From Candidatus Kuenenia stuttgartensis (lineage in GTDB: Bacteria; Planctomycetota; Planctomycetia; Pirellulales; UBA1268), in contig CAMARC010000002.1 in assembly GCA_945860405.1 (NCBI GenBank), forward strand, positions 1 to 43,369: a DNA stretch of 43,369 nucleotides, in the 5' to 3' direction. Position 1 is the stretch's first letter, and each line of letters opens with the position of its first letter. The position numbers and the translations under genes were made by a program. This document shows, in pieces, positions 1 through 14,515 of this stretch. The notes beneath the pieces were generated by a model, which was not told the DNA's origin, made no database searches, and was given only the letters and a program-made list of their open reading frames with translations.

Positions 1-1007
1 TGGCCGGTCTTCATCCCCTCGACACAGGCGACGCCATCCTCCTCCGCCTTGTGGGCGAGCATCGGCCCCGGGATGCAGTCGCCGATCGCCCACACGCCGG
101 CGGCCGACGTGCGGAACAAGCCGTCAACCGGAACATACCCGCGCTTGTCGGGCTGGATGCCGACGGAGTCGAGGCCGATGTCGGCGGTGGCCGGGCGCCG
201 CCCCGTGGCGGCGAGCACGCGATCGCAGTGAATCGGCTCGAGCCCCTCACACTCCACCACCGCGCCGCCTGACTTGGTCGCGCGGGCACCTTTCACCTTG
301 GCGCCAAGACGGATGTCGAGCCCCTGCTTGCGGAATTGCACGAGCGCCTCCGAAGCGATGTCGGCATCGATTCCGGCCAGGATCCGATCGGCGTACTCGA
401 GCACCGTCACCTTGGCACCGAGGCGGCGCCAAACGCTGCCGAGCTCGAGACCGATGTAACCGCCGCCGATGACGACCAGATGCCCGGGGACGACGTCGTA
501 GGAAAGCGCCTCGGTGCTCGTTCCCACGACGCCACCGTCGACTTCGACGCCGGGGAGAACGATGCTCGAGCTCCCCACCGCGAGGATGATCCGGGCCGAC
601 TCTAGGAGCGACTTCGTGCCGTCGGCCCCGGTCACTTCGACGCGCCCCGGCCCGGCGAGCCGGCCGGTGCCAAGGATCCGGGCGATCTTGTTCTTCGCGA
701 GGAGGCCGTCGATTCCTTTGCAGAGCGTGGCAACAACTTCGTCCTTGCGTTTGAGCATCGCGGCGAGATCGAGGGCCACCGAGCCGACCTGGACCCCGTG
801 GAGGGCGAGCTCACCGCGCGCCTCCTCGTACTTGTGGCTCGACTCGAGGAGCGCCTTGGAGGGGATGCAGCCGACCCGGAGGCAGGTCCCGCCGAGGCGG
901 TCCTCCTTCTCGATCACCGCGGCGGAGAAACCGAGTTGGGCGGCACGGATGGCTGCCACATAGCCGCCGGGACCGGCGCCGATCACCAGCACGTCGTACG
1001 CTTGCAT
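1..1007 (-). CDS. lpdA: Dihydrolipoyl dehydrogenase (E3), N-terminal ~335 codons; the 3' end runs off the window
   Basis: Absent from the ORF track because there is no stop codon inside the window. Manual minus-strand translation from the ATG at 1005-1007 gives MQAYDVLVIGAGPGGYVAAIRAAQLGFSAAVIEKEDRLGGTCLRVGCIPSKALLESSHKYEE... This shows the GxGxxG FAD fold and the redox-active CxxxxC disulfide motif of class-I flavoprotein disulfide reductases. It lies directly downstream of sucB. Confidence 0.85.
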   Translation of the reverse strand, partial: MQAYDVLVIGAGPGGYVAAIRAAQLGFSAAVIEKEDRLGGTCLRVGCIPSKALLESSHKYEEARGELALHGVQVGSVALDLAAMLKRKDEVVATLCKGIDGLLAKNKIARILGTGRLAGPGRVEVTGADGTKSLLESARIILAVGSSSIVLPGVEVDGGVVGTSTEALSYDVVPGHLVVIGGGYIGLELGSVWRRLGAKVTVLEYADRILAGIDADIASEALVQFRKQGLDIRLGAKVKGARATKSGGAVVECEGLEPIHCDRVLAATGRRPATADIGLDSVGIQPDKRGYVPVDGLFRTSAAGVWAIGDCIPGPMLAHKAEEDGVACVEGMKTG

Positions 1008-1128
1008 CGGCCAGCCTGCTCCTCTCACTCGCCCGCCATCGGCCGGGGACCTTCCCCGACCATCCGCCACGGCATCCCCTCGTCGGGGCGTGCCGGCCGG
1101 TGAATCACCCCGTCGACGAACGTACGGC

Positions 1129-2385
1129 TCAGACTTCGAGGATCAGACGGGTCGGATCCTCGATCGTGTCCTTGATTTTCTTGAGGAATGTCACCGCCTC
1201 GCGACCATCGACGAGGCGATGGTCGTACGTCAGCGCCAGGTACATCATCGGCCGGATCACCACCTGCCCATCGACGGCCACGGGGCGGTCGGTGATCGCG
1301 TGGAGGCCGAGGATGCCGCTCTGCGGCGGGTTGATGATCGGCGTGCTCATCATCGATCCATAGACGCCGCCGTTGGAGATCGTGAACGTCCCCCCTTGGA
1401 GCTCATCGAGCTTGAGCTTGTTGTCGGCTGCACGCTTGGCAAAATCGGCGATGCCGAGCTCGATCTGGGCAAAGGAGAGCGTTTCCGCATTCCGTAGCAC
1501 GGGGACGACAAGCCCCTTGCCACCGCCAACGGCGATGCCGATGTCGGCGTAGTCGCGGTAGACGATGTGCGGGTCGCGGAACTCGGCGTTCACCTGCGGA
1601 ACCGCCCGCAGCGCCTCGACGGCAGCCCGCACGAAGAACGACATGAAGCCGAGCTTCACGCCGTACCGCTGCAGGAAGACATCCTTGAACTTGTTGCGCA
1701 GCGCCATCACGGCACTCATGTCGACTTCGTTGAAGGTCGTGAGGAGCGCCGCCTGCTGCTGGGCTTCGACGAGCCGTTCGGCGATCCGCCGACGGATCGG
1801 GCTGATGAGCACCGCGCGCTCCTCCCGAGCCCCAGGGATCCTGGCCGGCACGGAGGCCGCGGCGATCACCGGGGCCGGCTTGGCGACCGCTGTGGGGGCC
1901 TTCGCGGCGGCAACGGCCCCGATCGCGTCCTCCTTCGTCACCCGGCCGCCGGGACCAGTGCCCGTGGCCGCCGACGCAGCGATGCCGGCTTCACCGAGCA
2001 CGCGTGCCGCGGCGGGCATGACCCTCGAGCCGTCGTTGGGCGACATCTGGACCGAGCCGATGTCGACCCGACTGCCCGTGCGTTTCACGTCGACCACAGG
2101 TTGGCCGCCGGGGGCCGCCGGAGGAGCCGGAGCCGCCGCGGCCGATCCGACTGGCTCCAGATAACCGATCACCTCGCCGACGCGGGCCTTCTCGCCGCTC
2201 GCTTTGAGGATCTTCGTGACGGTTCCGGCGGCAGGCGCCGGGAGATCGACGGTCGCCTTGTCACTCTCGATTTCCACGATGGAGTCATCCATCGCGACCC
2301 CTTCCCCCTCGCGCTTCTTCCAGGTGCCGATCTGCACCTCGGTGATCGATTCGCCGACTTCGGGGACCTTGAGTTCGATGGGCAT
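1129..2385 (-). CDS. sucB: Dihydrolipoamide succinyltransferase (E2 of 2-oxoglutarate dehydrogenase), 418 aa
   Basis: C-terminal part of ORF 1129..3660. Real start at [24 protein letters not shown] (ATG ending at 2385). Lipoyl domain ([13 protein letters not shown]), E3-binding domain ([11 protein letters not shown]), catalytic domain ending [33 protein letters not shown]. Immediately downstream of sucA. The longer ORF upstream overlaps sucA in another frame. Confidence 0.92.
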   Translation of the reverse strand: MPIELKVPEVGESITEVQIGTWKKREGEGVAMDDSIVEIESDKATVDLPAPAAGTVTKILKASGEKARVGEVIGYLEPVGSAAAAPAPPAAPGGQPVVDVKRTGSRVDIGSVQMSPNDGSRVMPAAARVLGEAGIAASAATGTGPGGRVTKEDAIGAVAAAKAPTAVAKPAPVIAAASVPARIPGAREERAVLISPIRRRIAERLVEAQQQAALLTTFNEVDMSAVMALRNKFKDVFLQRYGVKLGFMSFFVRAAVEALRAVPQVNAEFRDPHIVYRDYADIGIAVGGGKGLVVPVLRNAETLSFAQIELGIADFAKRAADNKLKLDELQGGTFTISNGGVYGSMMSTPIINPPQSGILGLHAITDRPVAVDGQVVIRPMMYLALTYDHRLVDGREAVTFLKKIKDTIEDPTRLILEV

Positions 2386-2450
2386 GATGGCGGTGCCGGG
2401 GAGGGAGTTGATGGTGGACGAGGAAAGACGGGAAGCGGGGCCGCGCCCAC

Positions 2451-5429
<2,979 letters not shown>

Positions 5430-5503
5430 GGCTGCGATCCAATGCTTACGGTGGGACGACGGGGCGGCGGCATTCCGCCTCCAGCCCCCGGATGAAGAGG
5501 AGA

Positions 5504-6823
5504 TCAGCGGGCAAGGAGAAGACGCCCGGGGCTCTCGAGGTAACCGATCACTTCCCGGAGGAACCGGGCAGCCATGGCACCGTCGACGATCCGGTGGTCG
5601 TACGACAACGACAGGGGCATCATCAGACGCGGCTCGATGCGGTCCCCCTGAACCACCGGCAACTTCCGCGACCGGCCGACAAGCAGAATCGCCACTTCGG
5701 GCCAATTGATGATCGGCGTCGAGTAGGTGCCGCCGATGGCGCCGAGGTTGCTGATCGTGAACGTGCCGCCGCGGAGATCCTCGATCGAATACTGGGCGTG
5801 CTTGGCCTTCTCGGCGGTCTCCGCGATCGCCTGGGCGATCTGCGGAATCGAGAGTTCGTCGCAGCCCCGGAGCACCGGCACCACCAGCCCGCGGGGCGTA
5901 TCGACCGCGAGGCCAATGTTGACGTAATCCTTGTAGAGGATCTCCCCCTTCTCGACGTCGATGCTGGAATTCATAGCCGGGTGCTGGCGGAGGGAGAGAC
6001 TCACCGCCTTGATCACGAACGACAGCGCCGTCAGCTTGACGTTCACCTTGGCGTGGTCGTCGGCGCTCGCCTTTCGGAGGCGTTCCATCTCGGTGACATC
6101 GGCGTCGTCGAAGTTCGTCAGATGAGGGATCGTCGAGACGCTCCGCACCATGTTGGTGGCGATCGTCCGCCGCATCCGCGACATCTGTTCGCGATGGACC
6201 GGCCCCCAGTCATCGCGGTCGGAGGACGGCGCCGAGGCAGAACGCGCCCCTTGGGCACTTCCCTGACGGACAGCCGCCACGATGTCTTCGCGGAGGATTC
6301 GCCCCGCAGGCCCACTCCCCTTCACGCGACCGAGATCGACGCCCAGTTCGCGAGCGAGCCGTCGCACCGCCGGACCGGCAGGCTCGACGGCAGCCACGGC
6401 CGGCGTCGGGGCGGCAGGCTCAGGCTCCGCGGCTGGCTTCACGGCGGCCGGCTTCATGGCGACTGGCGGCGGGGCGACCGGCGTGGGCTCGGCCGGCGCG
6501 ACTTTCGCCGCGGCGGGGGGGGCCGCGACGGGCGCAGGCTTGGCGGGTGCAGCCGCCACGGGCGTCGCGACGGAAGGCGATGAGCCTGCCGCTTCGAGGG
6601 TGAGCAGCGTCTGCCCCACCTTGACGGTGTCCCCCTTCTTGACGAGCACGCTGGCGACGCGCCCACCGGGGGGGCAGGGAACCTCGATGACCGCTTTGTC
6701 GGTCTCGACCTCGAGGAGCGCCTGGCCAGGCTTCACCACGTCCCCGACGGAGACAAACACACTGACGACATCGCCCGAGGCAATGTTTTCGCCCAGGTCG
6801 GGCAGCTTGAAATCGGTGGCCAT
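5504..6823 (-). CDS. aceF: Dihydrolipoamide acetyltransferase (E2 of pyruvate dehydrogenase), 439 aa
   Basis: C-terminal part of ORF 5504..7159. Start at [20 protein letters not shown] (ATG ending at 6823). One lipoyl domain ([13 protein letters not shown]), an Ala/Pro linker, an E3-binding domain ([31 protein letters not shown]) and a catalytic domain ([18 protein letters not shown]). Directly downstream of aceE. Confidence 0.9.
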   Translation of the reverse strand: MATDFKLPDLGENIASGDVVSVFVSVGDVVKPGQALLEVETDKAVIEVPCPPGGRVASVLVKKGDTVKVGQTLLTLEAAGSSPSVATPVAAAPAKPAPVAAPPAAAKVAPAEPTPVAPPPVAMKPAAVKPAAEPEPAAPTPAVAAVEPAGPAVRRLARELGVDLGRVKGSGPAGRILREDIVAAVRQGSAQGARSASAPSSDRDDWGPVHREQMSRMRRTIATNMVRSVSTIPHLTNFDDADVTEMERLRKASADDHAKVNVKLTALSFVIKAVSLSLRQHPAMNSSIDVEKGEILYKDYVNIGLAVDTPRGLVVPVLRGCDELSIPQIAQAIAETAEKAKHAQYSIEDLRGGTFTISNLGAIGGTYSTPIINWPEVAILLVGRSRKLPVVQGDRIEPRLMMPLSLSYDHRIVDGAMAARFLREVIGYLESPGRLLLAR

Positions 6824-6908
6824 GGTGGGATCGCGGAGGAAATCGGGCGGGGGAGAGAAGAACGATTCGATCCGGCGGGGGCGACGGGCACCACGACGGA
6901 GGGGAAAA

Positions 6909-9743
6909 TCAGGCGCTCGCCGCGTCGATCTTGTCGGGATCGACTCCGAGGGCCGTGATCGCGTCGGCGACGACATCGGCGCCGATCGCACCGGCAGCCG
7001 CGAGCCGGGAGAGCACGCCGACGGCGATGCATTCGGCATCGACCTCGAAGTGCCGACGGAGCCGTGGGCGGGATTCACTCCGCCCGAACCCGTCGGTGCC
7101 CATGACGAACAGGCCCCCGGGAATCCAGGGATCGAGTTGCTCAGGGACGGTTCGGACATGATCGCTGGCGGCGACGAAGATCCCCTCGGCGGCGCCGAGC
7201 GTCTCCTCGAGGTAGCTGCGACGCGGAGTTTCCGTCGGGTGGAGCATGTTCCAGTGCCGGCAGGCCAGCGCCTCGCGGCGCAGTTCCTTCCAGCTCGTCA
7301 CGCTCCACACCGTGCTGGTTACGCCGAAGCGTTCGGCGAGGATTTCTCCAGCGCGAATGACCTCGCGGAGGATCGATCCGGAGCCGAGCAGCTGGACGGG
7401 GGGGAGCGATGCGCCCTTCCCCTTCTTCGCCCCCTTGGCCGCGACTGCCTTGCCGGGGATGTCGCGGAGCCGGTAGGCCCCCTTCACGATCCCTTCCTCG
7501 CAGCCTGCCGGCATCGGCGGCATCTCGTAGTTTTCGTTGTAGATCGTGAGGTAGTAGATCCAGTCCTCACCCTTGGCGTACATCCGCTCCATCCCGTCGA
7601 GCATGATCACGGTCGTCTCGTACACGAACGCCGGGTCGTAGGCCTTCACCGTCGGATAGGCCATCGCGAACAGATGGCTGTGGCCGTCTTGGTGCTGCAG
7701 CCCCTCGCCGTTGAGGGAGGTGCGGCCGGCGGTGCCGCCGAGGAGGAAGCCACGGGCCCGGCAGTCGCAGGCGGCCCAGATCAGATCGCCGATCCGCTGG
7801 AACCCGAACATCGAGTAGTAGATGAACATCGGGATCATCGGCACGCCGTGCGTCGCATACGCCGTTCCGGCGGCGATGAAGCTCGCCATGCTCCCTGCCT
7901 CGGTGATCCCCTCTTCGAGGATCTGTCCGTCCTTCGCCTCCCGGTAGTAAAGGAGCTGATCGGAATCGACCGGTTCGTAGAGCTGCCCGGTGTGGGCGTA
8001 GATCCCGCACTGTTTGAAGAGCGGATCCATGCCGAAGGTCCGCGACTCGTCGGGGACGATCGGGACGATGTACTTCCCCACCGACTTATCCTTGAGCAGC
8101 GACGCCATCAGTGTCACCGCCCCGGTGGTGGTCGAGACCTCGCGGCCGGCACTCTTCTCGATGAAGGGGAGGTAGTCGGCGAGTTTCGGAACCTCGAGCC
8201 GCGGAGAATCCAACGGCCGGGTCGGCACATAGCCCCCGAGTGCCTCGCGGCGCTCGCGGAGATACTTCATCTCCGGCGAATCCTCCGCCGGCCGGTAGAA
8301 CGGCGCCTTGGCGACCTCGTCGTCGGAGATCGGGATCCCGAAGCGCGAGCGGAAGGCCCGCAATTCGTCCTCGTTGAGCTTCTTCTGCTGGTGGGTGACG
8401 TTGCGCCCCTCCCCCACTTCACCGAGACCGTAGCCCTTGATCGTCTTGGCAAGGATCACCGTCGGCTTGCCCGTGCAGGCCATCGCCGCCGCGTAGGCGG
8501 CGTAGACCTTCTCGGGATCGTGCCCGCCCCGACGGAGTTTCTTGAGCTTGTCGTCGGAGAGATGAGCCACCATGTCGGCGAGCTTCGGATCGGCGCCGAA
8601 GAAGTGCTCACGGATGTAGCCGCCGGGCATGACGACATATTTCTGGTATTGCCCGTCGACCACCTCGTTCATCCGTTTGACAAGGAGACCTTCGTCGTCC
8701 TTGTCGAGGAGCGGATCCCACTCATCGCCCCAGATCACCTTGATGACGTTCCAGCCGGCACCGCGGAACAGCCCCTCGAGCTCCTGAATGATCTTGCCGT
8801 TGCCGCGCACCGGACCATCGAGCCGCTGGAGGTTGCAGTTGATGACGAACACGAGGTTGTCGAGCTTCTCACGGGCCCCCAGCGTGATCGCGCCGAGCGT
8901 CTCCGGCTCGTCGCTCTCGCCGTCACCGATGAACGACCAGACCGTCTGACGGCTCGTGTCTTTGATGCCCCGATCCTGGAGGTACTTGTTGAACCTCGCC
9001 TGATAGATCGCCATCAGCGGCCCGAGCCCCATCGACACCGTGGGGAACTCCCAGAAACCCGGCATCAACCAAGGGTGGGGATAGCTAGAGAGCCCTCCGC
9101 CATCGCCGAGCTCACGGCGGAAATTCTCCAACTGCTTCTCGGTGATCCGCCCTTCGACGAAGGCACGGGCGTAGATCCCCGGGGAGGCATGCCCCTGGAA
9201 ATAGACTTGATCACCGGAAAAATCGTCGCCGCGGCCGCGAATGAAGTGGTTCATCGCCACCTCGACAAGCGTCGCCGAGGAGGCGAAGGTCGAGATGTGG
9301 CCGCCGATGCTCTTGTCCTCGCGGTTGGCGCGGACCACCATCGCCATTGCGTTCCAGCGGATCATGCTCTTGATCCGCCGCTCGATCTCACGGTCCCCCG
9401 GGAAGAGCGGCTGCTTGTCGACCGGGATGGTGTTGATGTACGGGGTCGTCGCCGAGAACGGAATCGAAACCCCGAGGCGGTACGCCTCCTGCTCGATGGC
9501 GTGGAGGAGGTAGGCGGCCCGCTCTTCGCCACGGCTGTTGAGCACGTAGCGGAGGGAGTCGAGCCACTCCCGCGTCTCGGTGGGATCGGCGTCGATGCTG
9601 GACGTGCCGTCGACCGGCACTGGCTGCCCGGCCGACGTGTCCGTCATCCGTCCGATCGACATCTGGGCATGGGCGCCCGGGGGGAGCTGCGAAGCCTGGG
9701 TATCTCGGTCGGTGCCAGACTCGTCGATGTCGGGGCTCGCCAT
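6909..9743 (-). CDS. aceE: Pyruvate dehydrogenase E1 component, homodimeric AceE type, ~944 aa
   Basis: ORF 6909..9902. DADPTETREWLDSLRYVLNSRGEERAAYLL matches the AceE N-terminus, followed by ThDP-binding and transketolase-like regions. The start is ambiguous. The ORF opens with a GTG at 9902. In-frame ATGs end at 9779, 9743, 9662 and 9647. I chose 9743 (MASPDID...) because GGAG lies 6 nt upstream and third-position GC rises from there. Confidence 0.88.
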   Translation of the reverse strand: MASPDIDESGTDRDTQASQLPPGAHAQMSIGRMTDTSAGQPVPVDGTSSIDADPTETREWLDSLRYVLNSRGEERAAYLLHAIEQEAYRLGVSIPFSATTPYINTIPVDKQPLFPGDREIERRIKSMIRWNAMAMVVRANREDKSIGGHISTFASSATLVEVAMNHFIRGRGDDFSGDQVYFQGHASPGIYARAFVEGRITEKQLENFRRELGDGGGLSSYPHPWLMPGFWEFPTVSMGLGPLMAIYQARFNKYLQDRGIKDTSRQTVWSFIGDGESDEPETLGAITLGAREKLDNLVFVINCNLQRLDGPVRGNGKIIQELEGLFRGAGWNVIKVIWGDEWDPLLDKDDEGLLVKRMNEVVDGQYQKYVVMPGGYIREHFFGADPKLADMVAHLSDDKLKKLRRGGHDPEKVYAAYAAAMACTGKPTVILAKTIKGYGLGEVGEGRNVTHQQKKLNEDELRAFRSRFGIPISDDEVAKAPFYRPAEDSPEMKYLRERREALGGYVPTRPLDSPRLEVPKLADYLPFIEKSAGREVSTTTGAVTLMASLLKDKSVGKYIVPIVPDESRTFGMDPLFKQCGIYAHTGQLYEPVDSDQLLYYREAKDGQILEEGITEAGSMASFIAAGTAYATHGVPMIPMFIYYSMFGFQRIGDLIWAACDCRARGFLLGGTAGRTSLNGEGLQHQDGHSHLFAMAYPTVKAYDPAFVYETTVIMLDGMERMYAKGEDWIYYLTIYNENYEMPPMPAGCEEGIVKGAYRLRDIPGKAVAAKGAKKGKGASLPPVQLLGSGSILREVIRAGEILAERFGVTSTVWSVTSWKELRREALACRHWNMLHPTETPRRSYLEETLGAAEGIFVAASDHVRTVPEQLDPWIPGGLFVMGTDGFGRSESRPRLRRHFEVDAECIAVGVLSRLAAAGAIGADVVADAITALGVDPDKIDAASA

Positions 9744-9945
9744 GGGCAACTCCGGGTGGGCTGGGTGATCTTTTCCCATTATTCCGCCCTTGCCGGCAGC
9801 CGTAAAGGCCGTTTCGTCGGCCGGCCGCGTGACGAAAGTCGGTTGCTCGAAACGGTTTTCGACGCGGCACCGGGCCCGCAATCGGACCCCGATTCGGCTC
9901 ACCGATCAGCGGACAACCCGCCGGCCGAGCGACGACTGCGGGGCT

Positions 9946-11355
<1,410 letters not shown>

Positions 11356-11523
11356 CGGCTCGGACTCCAATACGGCTGACAGGAGGCGGAAGGGGCTGGG
11401 AAGGGTCGTTGTTGTAGTTGCGGTAACCGGTTCCTTCAAGAAACACTCCTGAATGCCCGCCCCCCCGCGGACCGCCACGCCACGGCTGCCCCACTCCTGC
11501 CCCGATGCCCGCGCGAGGCCCCC

Positions 11524-13059
11524 ATGACGACCGCCCGCTCCCCCAACGCAGCCGCCCGGAGCGGCCAAGGCCCTGCCGCCCGCGGCGGCCCGGCTGCGTT
11601 CCTCGGCAGCGCGCTGGCACTCGATCGCCGCAGCCTGGCACTGTTCCGCCTGGTGCTCGGCTCGATTCTCATCGCCGACGCCCTGTGCCGCGCTCCCGAT
11701 GCCCCCCTGACGCTCGCTCCCGATGGGATGCTCCCTCCCGATCTCGTCCGCCCGTTTGTCGGTTATCCCTGGTCGTGGTCGATCGGACTGTGGTGCGATG
11801 CCCCCTGGTGGGGCTGTGGGCTGCTCGTTGCCGAAGGGCTCTGTGGTCTGCTCCTCGCGGCCGGGATCGGCCTCCCGCTGACGACGACGGCCGCCTGGGT
11901 GGTGGTGGTGAGCCTCGTCCGCCGCACGGCGCCGGTGACGAACGCCGGCGACGTCTTCCTCGCCGCCCTCCTTTTCTGGGGGCAGTTTCTGCCGCTCAAA
12001 ACTCCCTCGCCCCAGGGGAGCCGGTCGCGCGGGGGGATCGCCGCTTGGGCCCTCACACTCCAGGTGGCGGCGGTCTATCTCTCGGCCGGACTGGCCAAAT
12101 GCAACGGCGTCTGGTGGTCGGGCGAGGCCGTCGGATACGCGTTGTCGGTCCATGACCATGGCACCGTGTTTGGCAACACCATCGCTGGATGGGGATGGGG
12201 CGGGCGTTCGCTGACGTGGGCGACGCTCGTGGTCGAACTCCTCGGCCCGCCGCTGCTCCTCCTTCCGCAACTCCGTCTTCCCTTGGTCGCGACATTCGTG
12301 CTGATGCATCTGGCCATCGCCGTGACGATGAACGTCTGCCTGTTTCCCTGGGTGGGGATCGCCGCCTGGGCCGCCCTCCTCCCCGGGAGCTTCTGGGACC
12401 AGATCGGCGTGGGGGCGAAGGGCACGACAACCGGCGGGCCAGCCGGCGATGGCCTCGATCGACCGCGACGCCTCCTCTGCGGGGGAGCCATCCTCGTCGC
12501 CGTCATCGCCTTCGCCCACGCCAACGGCCCCTGGCGGCAGCAGCGGATGCCGGCGGGCCTCAGACATGCGGTGCAGCTGACGTTCCTGGAGCAGGACTGG
12601 CGCGTCTTTGGCGACATCCGCCGACAGCGGCAGTGGGTCTATGGCCGTGCCGAACTGGCGAACGGGGAGATCGTCGATCTCCTCCGTCAGGGGAGGCCTC
12701 TGGAAACCGTTCTCCCCAGCGACGGCTTCAACGGACTCGGCGACCAGCGGCGGCAGAAGCTGTTTTGGGAACTTCCCAAGCCCGAGTACCGCGTCTTTGC
12801 AACCGCGATCGCCACCGCGCTGTCCCGGCAGTGGAACTCCACCCACCCTCCCGAGCGCCAAGTCATCTCGCTGGAAATCCATGGCGCACGGATGATCACG
12901 GCTCCCGAGCCGGGCGCGATCCAGGATGTCTTGATGGCGACCTGGCCCCCGCGTTCACCGACGGGCCAGGGCAATCTCGAACGCTTTCTGCGAGACTCCA
13001 CCCCCGTCCCCAATGACGCCGATCGGGGCCTTGCCAGACCGGGCGGGCAGGGGCGATGA
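11524..13059 (+). CDS. HTTM-domain (vitamin K-dependent gamma-carboxylase-like) polytopic membrane protein, 511 aa
   Basis: N-terminal LDRRSLALFRLVLGSILIADAL, followed by several hydrophobic helices and ...TNAGDVFLAALLFWGQFLPL. This is the pattern I associate with the HTTM domain of VKGC-like proteins. The C-terminal ~170 aa are soluble with no recognised motif. Confidence 0.65.
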   Translation: MTTARSPNAAARSGQGPAARGGPAAFLGSALALDRRSLALFRLVLGSILIADALCRAPDAPLTLAPDGMLPPDLVRPFVGYPWSWSIGLWCDAPWWGCGLLVAEGLCGLLLAAGIGLPLTTTAAWVVVVSLVRRTAPVTNAGDVFLAALLFWGQFLPLKTPSPQGSRSRGGIAAWALTLQVAAVYLSAGLAKCNGVWWSGEAVGYALSVHDHGTVFGNTIAGWGWGGRSLTWATLVVELLGPPLLLLPQLRLPLVATFVLMHLAIAVTMNVCLFPWVGIAAWAALLPGSFWDQIGVGAKGTTTGGPAGDGLDRPRRLLCGGAILVAVIAFAHANGPWRQQRMPAGLRHAVQLTFLEQDWRVFGDIRRQRQWVYGRAELANGEIVDLLRQGRPLETVLPSDGFNGLGDQRRQKLFWELPKPEYRVFATAIATALSRQWNSTHPPERQVISLEIHGARMITAPEPGAIQDVLMATWPPRSPTGQGNLERFLRDSTPVPNDADRGLARPGGQGR

Positions 13060-13124
13060 CGGGGAGCCGCGTTCCTGGATGCGGCGCCAGGGACTTCATC
13101 CACGGCCTGCTAGACTCGTGCTCG

Positions 13125-13206
<82 letters not shown>

Positions 13207-13243
13207 TTGGGCGGTAGCCAGCGGCCTCGCAAGCTGTGGAACT

Positions 13244-14515
13244 TCAGCGGAGCGGATTCCCCGGCTGGGCGGTCACGCCACGGAGCGGATTGGCCGCAGC
13301 TTCGCCCGAGGCCTCCGCCGGAGCGGCTGCCTTGGCACGCCAACGCCCGACGGCCCGCTCGCTTCCCTCCACCATCCGCTGAGCCGGAGAGCGGAGTTTG
13401 GAGCCATCGCGTCGATCGTCGGATCCCTCCACGTCCGTTGTCTCGGCAGGCCCGCTTGTCCGCACGACGCTTCCCGGTGGGGCCTGCTTCCGATCCGCCA
13501 CGGAGGCGCGCGACCAGTTCGACCAGGCACCCGCGGTGAGGGCCCCCGCAGGACGGGCCGCCTCGGCCCCCGACGTCTCGAGGGGGACATCGCGAGGGCC
13601 GTTGGCCTTGGATGGCGTGTTGGATGGCGTGGCGTCCTTGTCGCCTGACTTCGCTTCAGCGTCCTCCGATTCGGAGGCACTCGGGGCCAACGGAGCACCG
13701 TCGGGGAGGCCGCCTTCCGATCCGGAGGCACCATCAGCCCCTGCGGCGGCCTCGGCGTCACCTGCGGCCGCGTCGGCCTTGCCTGCGGCGTCAGCCTCGG
13801 CGTCGGCCATCGCCTCTTCTTCCTCCTCCTCCTCCTCTTCCTCGTCGGGCGCGGCCTCGTCGAGTTGGCTGGGAAGGGCGAGTTCGTCCTCCATGCCGGG
13901 CACCTCGGACCGGGGCGGTACCGCGGGTGTCGTGGCCGGGTCAAAATGCCCGACCTGCTTCACGCCCTGCCCGGGCCAGGATCGCCAGCGGGTGGCGTAG
14001 TAGCCGAATTGATCGGGCCGCACCGGGCAGTGCGCCTGGCACCCTCCCTGCTCACAGAGGCCGTTGCAGTGGAGACCGAGACGGTCTCCCACCGGACGGC
14101 ATTTTCCGCAGTCCTGCCGGCCGCATTGGCGACAGTCGGCGTTTGCCATCGCTCCCCCGGCCAGCACCACGCCGCCGTCCGCACTGACCGTGGCGCTCGC
14201 TTGGCGCACCCCAGCAGCGGCGGCACGATCGCCTGCTGGCGATCGGCCCCGCGCAGCCGTCGTCGCCGCCCCGCTTGCCCCCTCCTGTGCGACACGCTTG
14301 GCAGCGGCATTCGATGCCGTGGCAGCGGTCCGTGAGCCCTGCTTGGACGTTCGGGCGGACGATTCGGCCCGCCGGGGCGCGGCCCCCGGGGCGGACTGCT
14401 GGGCGAACAACTCCGGGCCTCCACCGGCCCCAAACGTGGCAGCCACCATGAGCCCCACGAGGAACGCCTGCGGCCGTGACGGCAGGGAAAAAGAGCGGGA
14501 GGATGGGGGGATCAT
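13244..14515 (-). CDS. Secreted hypothetical protein with an 8-Cys cluster and a poly-Glu/acidic low-complexity region, 423 aa
   Basis: ATG start. Signal-peptide-like N-terminus (AFLVGLMVAATFGAGGG). Cys cluster CRQCGRQDCGKCRPVGDRLGLHCNGLCEQGGCQAHC, then FGYYATRWRSWPG, then DEEEEEEEEEEAMADAEADAAGKADAAAGDAEAAAG. No family recognised. Confidence 0.6.
   Translation of the reverse strand: MIPPSSRSFSLPSRPQAFLVGLMVAATFGAGGGPELFAQQSAPGAAPRRAESSARTSKQGSRTAATASNAAAKRVAQEGASGAATTAARGRSPAGDRAAAAGVRQASATVSADGGVVLAGGAMANADCRQCGRQDCGKCRPVGDRLGLHCNGLCEQGGCQAHCPVRPDQFGYYATRWRSWPGQGVKQVGHFDPATTPAVPPRSEVPGMEDELALPSQLDEAAPDEEEEEEEEEEAMADAEADAAGKADAAAGDAEAAAGADGASGSEGGLPDGAPLAPSASESEDAEAKSGDKDATPSNTPSKANGPRDVPLETSGAEAARPAGALTAGAWSNWSRASVADRKQAPPGSVVRTSGPAETTDVEGSDDRRDGSKLRSPAQRMVEGSERAVGRWRAKAAAPAEASGEAAANPLRGVTAQPGNPLR
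13814..13843 (-). repeat. Run of 10 consecutive Glu codons (GAG/GAA) inside the secreted protein gene
   Basis: The plus strand reads ctcttcttcctcctcctcctcctcttcctc. The reverse complement is (GAG/GAA)x10, in frame with the CDS. Confidence 0.9.

Noticed and set aside
11421-11433. GGTAACCGGTTCC near-palindrome (core AACCGGTT) in the lpd/HTTM divergent region, as a possible operator.
   Set aside because: Only the 8-bp core is perfect and it occurs once. This is too short to separate from chance without comparative data.
11356-12882. N-terminal extension of the lpd ORF (978 aa in total).
   Set aside because: It crosses the divergent intergenic region and runs antisense to the HTTM gene. The E3 FAD-binding fold begins at the internal MTTHVPLVVLGGGPGG.
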